From the human T2T-CHM13v2.0 reference genome, Homo sapiens, in NCBI RefSeq assembly GCF_009914755.1, contig NC_060936.1: a stretch of 64,000 nucleotides of DNA, one strand, 5' to 3'. The position numbers and the translations under genes are program-made. Below the pieces are notes generated by a model. That model did no database searches. It was given only the letters and a program-made list of their open reading frames with translations, and had not been told where the DNA came from. Below, piece after piece: positions 56,860 through 64,000 of the stretch. The stretch's first letter is position 1. Each line of letters starts with the position of its first letter.

Positions 56860-57130
56860 TTTTTCTCCCTTCCTTCCTTCCTTCCTTCCCTCCCTCCCTT
56901 CCTTCTTTCCTTTCTTTCTTTCTTTCTTTCTCTTTCTTTCTTCCTTTCTTTCTTTCTCTTTTTCTCTTTCTTTTTCTTTCTCTTTCTCCTTTCTTTCCTT
57001 TTCTTTCTTTTTTCTCTTTTTCTCTTTTTCTTCTCTCTTTTCCCTCCCTCCCTTCTCTCTTTCTTTGTTTCTGTCTTGCTTGCTTGCTTGCTTCACTCTT
57101 CCTCTCTTTCCTTTTTTTTTTTTTTTTTTA
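56860..57130. repeat. Polypyrimidine (TTCC/TTTC/CTTG)n tract
   Basis: About 200 bp purine-free, then (CTTG)n; expanded tail of the adjacent antisense FRAM 57132-57270. Confidence 0.92.
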
Positions 57131-57174
57131 AAGGGATGGGGTCTTTTTCTGTCTCCCATGCTGGAGTATAGTGA

Positions 57175-57279
<105 letters not shown>

Positions 57280-57349
57280 TGATACAATCTTTTTGAGCAG
57301 AGACCTTTGTAAAAATGTAGAACCAGAAAACCAGGCAGTGAGCAGGTGG

Positions 57350-57590
57350 TTGAGAGCCTGGGGTCAGCCAGACCAAATTTTAGATTTGGCTCTGCCATTT
57401 ACTTATTTGAAACCTTGAGTGAAGACTTCTTAACTTTCTGAGCCTCAGTTTTCTCATCTGTAGAATGGGGATGATAATAGTCATTTTGTAGGATTCCTAA
57501 CTTCTTTAAATGAGAAAATACATGTTACTTAGCTCTATGCCTAGTGCTTGGCAGGTGCTTAATAAATTGTGCCAATTATGATGATTATTG
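57350..57590 (+). mobile_element. MIR
   Basis: ctgagcctcagttttctcatctgtagaatggggatgataatag. Confidence 0.8.
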
Positions 57591-58597
57591 TCATTACACC
57601 TTCTAGAACTAAAGTGGGGGTAGCAGAGTGATGGAAAGAGGGCTGGAGTTAAGGCAGATGTTAGTTAACTAGCCTGGAGTCTCCAGAAATCCAAATCCAG
57701 CATTTGAAGCAGGAAACCCCACCTTGAGGCCTCCATCAGACCTGAGAATTTCCAGAGTGCTTCCCTGGGACCCAGGTAATCTAATTTCGGGGAAGGAAGC
57801 GGGAGAGCTAACTGGTCATCAAGACACCATTGAAGAGTGACCCAGGAATTCTGTTCTTCCCTGTCAAGATGGAGACTTTAGGCTGGTTACTGAATCCCTC
57901 AGTTGATCTCTGTAAAAATGGGAAGGCCATTCCCTCTCTCACAGGATTGTGGAGACAATGAAACAAAGAGAGGTATATAAAACAACCAAGCATGGCGCCC
58001 ACACTCAAGAGACCTTGGTGCAAAGGAAGCACGTGGGCTGCACCAGTCACTGCCTTCACTCCACGTAAGTGGGTGGAGTTTCTGAAGTTGCCCACTTGGC
58101 TCCAGAAGAGAAAGACTCCTAGACATTTTAAGCAGTCTGGACATGCCTGAACTTGCAGATGCCATTTTGAATCCAAGGGGCCCTTGACTGAAAGGAGAGC
58201 ATCCAGGGAAAATGCATTTGTGCAACTTGTCACTCTGTCTAGATCAGTGCAGATTTTTTTCCAGCCCAGGGAGGGGAACGGGAATCTTTGGCTTGTGAGC
58301 CTTACACACCGTTTATCTCATCTGCTTGTCACAATAGTCTGGAAGATAGGCCAGGGAGATGCTAATGTTCCCAAGACCCTGGGGAGAGATCAGCTGCTTG
58401 ACTTCAAGGAGACTCCATCCAATCTGAGGGATGGAGGATGAGGGATTACAACAACCTTGCAAGGAATTAGGCCCCCAGGCCAGAGGGACAGGTCTTGGGC
58501 ATTTATTCAAATAAGCGAGCAAGCATATAAGCAAATACAGTGATGGATTTTATTTATTTGTTTATTTTTGGCTTCCTGCGGGTCTCCCAAGATGCTA

Positions 58598-59110
<513 letters not shown>

Positions 59111-59126
59111 TTAAGATAAGAAAGCA

Positions 59127-59480
<354 letters not shown>

Positions 59481-59604
59481 CTATAGGTTCCCTTGACCTC
59501 TCTGACCCCTGTTTACATCTCCTGCTACTCTTGCCCTTGTTCTGTGGGTCTAGGTTACCCCACCTTCTTTCCCTTTGAATAGTCTCTCCTCTCTCCACTC
59601 CCAT

Positions 59605-59924
59605 TTTTTTTGGTTTGGTTTTTTTTTTTTTTTTTTTTTTTTGGAGACGGAGTCTCCCTGTTGCCCAGGCTGGAGTACAGTGGTGTTATCTTGGCTCACT
59701 GCAACCTCCGCTTCCTAGGTTCAAATGATTTCTCCTGCCTCAGCCTCCCAAGTAGCTGGGACTACAGGCACATGCCACCATGCCCAGCTAATGTTTGTAT
59801 TTTCAGTAGAGATGGGGTTTTACCATGTTGGCCAGGCTGGTCTCGAACTCCTGACCTCAGGTGACCCATCCGCCTCAGCCTCCCAAAGTGCTGGAATTAC
59901 AGACGTGAGCCACTATGCCCGGGC
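59605..59924 (-). mobile_element. AluS
   Basis: Antisense dimer. Confidence 0.9.
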
Positions 59925-59941
59925 GTGTGATTCTTTTATTA

Positions 59942-60171
<230 letters not shown>

Positions 60172-61117
60172 GAAAGTAGAGAGCTCATCTGTCTTGTCCA
60201 TGACTGCATCCAAATATTGGTGGAAAAGTAGGGAAGTTCCCGAGAAGACCCCAACCGAGGGAAAGAATTCATGAACACACAAGCAAGGAGGGAGACAGAG
60301 GAGCCCCGAGAGGTGGGCGGTCTCCAAGATGCCCTAGAAAGAACCCTTGTCACGCCTCCTGTCCTAGCTGCTCAGATTTCAGGCAAAGGTGAAGGGCCAG
60401 ACGTTCTCCAGGGCTCTCACTACGAAGCCAGTATGTATTTTGTATGCCATGTGTTCATGTTTTTCCCTTTGAAGACTGCCTGGGAAAGGCTAACAGTCAT
60501 GGAAGTAACAAACATATTGTCTTCTCTTCTCTTGCCAAAAGCAATCTTTAATCACCCTACCAAGTAATGGGCTCAGAATAGCATAATGGAAACAAAGTAC
60601 TTAAAATACTTGCTTGGGTGGATAAACACAGCAGAGTTAAAAAAAAAAAAAAAAAAGTCTTACACGTCCAGCCCCATCCTTTTTATTGTATACACAGCTA
60701 GGAGATGTGGAAGGAAGAGAAGAAATCCCTCCAGAACAAATAATTGTAAATATACAGAACATACATATTTTAAAGGGCAGCATGGTGGTTCATCCATCCT
60801 AAGGATATCTTTGTATTTGTGGTCCCTCCCAACCCCCCCTCTTTTTTTTAACCAAGTGACAAAAAGTAGGTCTGATATAACCAACCGGTGGAAGGGAGCT
60901 CTCAGAGTCTTTGAACAGGGTCTTTTTCAAATCTCTTTATATGTGAGAACATTAGGCGAGAGGAATGTTAGGAAAATTAGGGTAGGTGGTATTGGGCAGA
61001 GTTCCTTGTGAAACTGAGGGTTTAATTTGTGCTCAGAAGAGAGGACTCTTGCTGATGCCTACTTTTGCTCAAGTCAAAGCCAGAAGGAAGTGGCAAAGCT
61101 CTGGGTTATAGAAGTCA

Positions 61118-61286
<169 letters not shown>

Positions 61287-61603
61287 AATTCAGGCTGCAG
61301 CCTCCTAGTGGGATGTCCAGTGTGGTATTACAGAAAACAGATATTTAAGCCACAATGATAGACTCTGGAAATCATCACGTCCTCCAAGGACCCTTTCTAG
61401 ATTTCCTCAGTTGGAATTTATCTCTCTCTACCATGAGAGGAACAAGACAAGAACCAGGCCATGCCTACAACTTAAAAACTGTAATCTTGGACAAGTTGCT
61501 TATTTTCTCTGAACTTTAGCTTTCCTATCTGTAATGTGTAGACAAAGAGAGAAATACATAGCCTGTGATCGGTTTCTAATGCAGAGCACTTAGCCCAGTT
61601 TGC

Positions 61604-62053
61604 TGTGAAAATTGTCAGAACCCAAAATGGAGTCACTCATATTAAGAAAACCCTGACAAATAGAGCCAGGGAAGGACATGCAGAGGGTTCTCCAGCTTGG
61701 ATGACTGATAACAAAAACATCACAAAAGACTGCAAATACCACAGCCTTGCACAAAGGCCACTGCAACCTTAACACAAAAAAATTACTTTTGCAAGGACAT
61801 CTGCCCAGCAACTGCCTGTCCAACTTCAGACCGGCATCACCCTTGTTATTGATCTTTGTAGCGAAGGATAATTATTTCAAAACAATTATGTAATCTTCCA
61901 CATTTTTGTCCTTTAAAAACCTTTGTCTTCCTTTACCTCTCTGAATGCACACATAGTTTACTATGGCATGCACGTTCCCATTGCAATGCTCTACTCCCAA
62001 ATAAACATCTTTTCTTTTAGAGAGCTTGTCCCTGTTTGTTATTTAGATTGACA
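61604..62053 (+). mobile_element. ERV1-class solo LTR (MER34/MER49/MER93-like; subfamily uncertain)
   Basis: Starts TGTGAAAATTGTCAGAA..AAAATGGAGTCAC, ends ..TTGACA; internal AATAAA; 4-bp TSD ttgc on both sides. Confidence 0.8.
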
Positions 62054-62306
62054 TTGCCTGAAAGTCAGAATTACCCAAGTGTGTCTCAGGGTGTCCTTGA
62101 AGTAGACAAGGTGCCCTTGAAGGCCAGACTATGCTTGGTATGTTTGAAGAAGAGCAAGGAGGCCACAGGGGATGGAGGTAGAGTGGTTGAAAGGATTCAA
62201 CTGCCATTGAAAAGGACACATTCAAATAATGGCATGAGATGAGGAGGCCATAGACTTGGGGATGGGGGAAGGCCCAGATCCTGCAGGACTGTTGAACTAA
62301 ACTGTT

Positions 62307-62782
<476 letters not shown>

Positions 62783-62945
62783 CATCTGAATAAAAGGAGA
62801 AGTTGTTTTGAACAAGAAACAACATGTATCCCTTACCACCCTCTCCCGACCCACCCCGAAGATTTCATTGTGAAAACAAGCTGGGGAAGTGGACATGGAA
62901 CTATCATATTCCCCCTGGCCTATTGGGTCCTGTTCACTGTGTTAG

Positions 62946-63268
<323 letters not shown>

Positions 63269-63509
63269 CGAAATAGAAGAGCTGATTAAGAAGTTGATAG
63301 CCCATTAATGTTGGTCAGCCCATTTAACCCTTGTAGTCTGGGGGACGGGGGACACAAAGTATCATAGGAAGTTTGATGACTGAGAGTCTGATGCCCCCAA
63401 GTCTACAGGCATCTGGGTCTTTATATCAGCAGTTAGGGCATGTTGGTGACAAGCTGACACATTTATCTTCCCTGCCCTACAGCAAGGTGGAAAGATTCTG
63501 GAATGGCCA

Positions 63510-63720
63510 AAAACAAAACTGGGTTGGACTCTCTCAGCTCTGACACTTGTTTGGGGATAAACCACTTAATCTTTCTAAATTGTAGAAGTTTTCTAAATCT
63601 TTTAGTTGTAAAAATAGTAATGGGTTTGTTGGAGGATTCAATGAGATAATGGAAGTAAATCGCTTAGCATGGTGCCAGGCACTTACCAAGTTCTCAGTTG
63701 AGATTAGCTTTTACTGTTGG
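63510..63720 (+). mobile_element. MIR
   Basis: gttggaggattcaatgagataatggaagtaaatcgcttagcatggtgccaggcac. Confidence 0.7.
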
Positions 63721-63802
63721 TAGTGTCAGCATCATACCCATTCATCCCTGTATTTATGAAACAAGTATTTATTGAGTGCACTGTCTTCCAGGGGCCATTC
63801 TA

Positions 63803-64000
<198 letters not shown>

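Overview
Primate (very likely human) non-coding genomic DNA. I see no protein-coding exon, RNA gene or CRISPR array; the ORF track is almost entirely Alu antisense frames and low-complexity translations. Roughly 80 Alu elements or fragments (J, S and a few Y, many nested, many with visible target-site duplications, TSDs) fill about a third of the window. They sit among MIR, L2, old L1M, MaLR (MLT1) LTRs, an ERV1-class solo LTR, MER5/MER20 DNA transposons and many microsatellites. Between the Alu clusters are Alu-free islands that look regulatory: an orphan CpG island (~12.6-14.1 kb) and several motif-dense unique blocks. The best of these is ~44.5-45.9 kb, which holds an RFX X-box bracketed by a perfect 10-bp inverted repeat of CRE-like sites next to a CCAAT box and TCF/LEF sites. 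The most unusual structural signal is a set of locally templated insertions inside repeats: a 170-bp copy inserted into an MLT1 LTR and three fold-back insertions inside Alus. There is also an old L1 with twin-priming-type inversion geometry. Repeat subfamily calls come from recalled consensus features and boundaries are approximate. Enhancer calls are motif-based inference without conservation or chromatin data.
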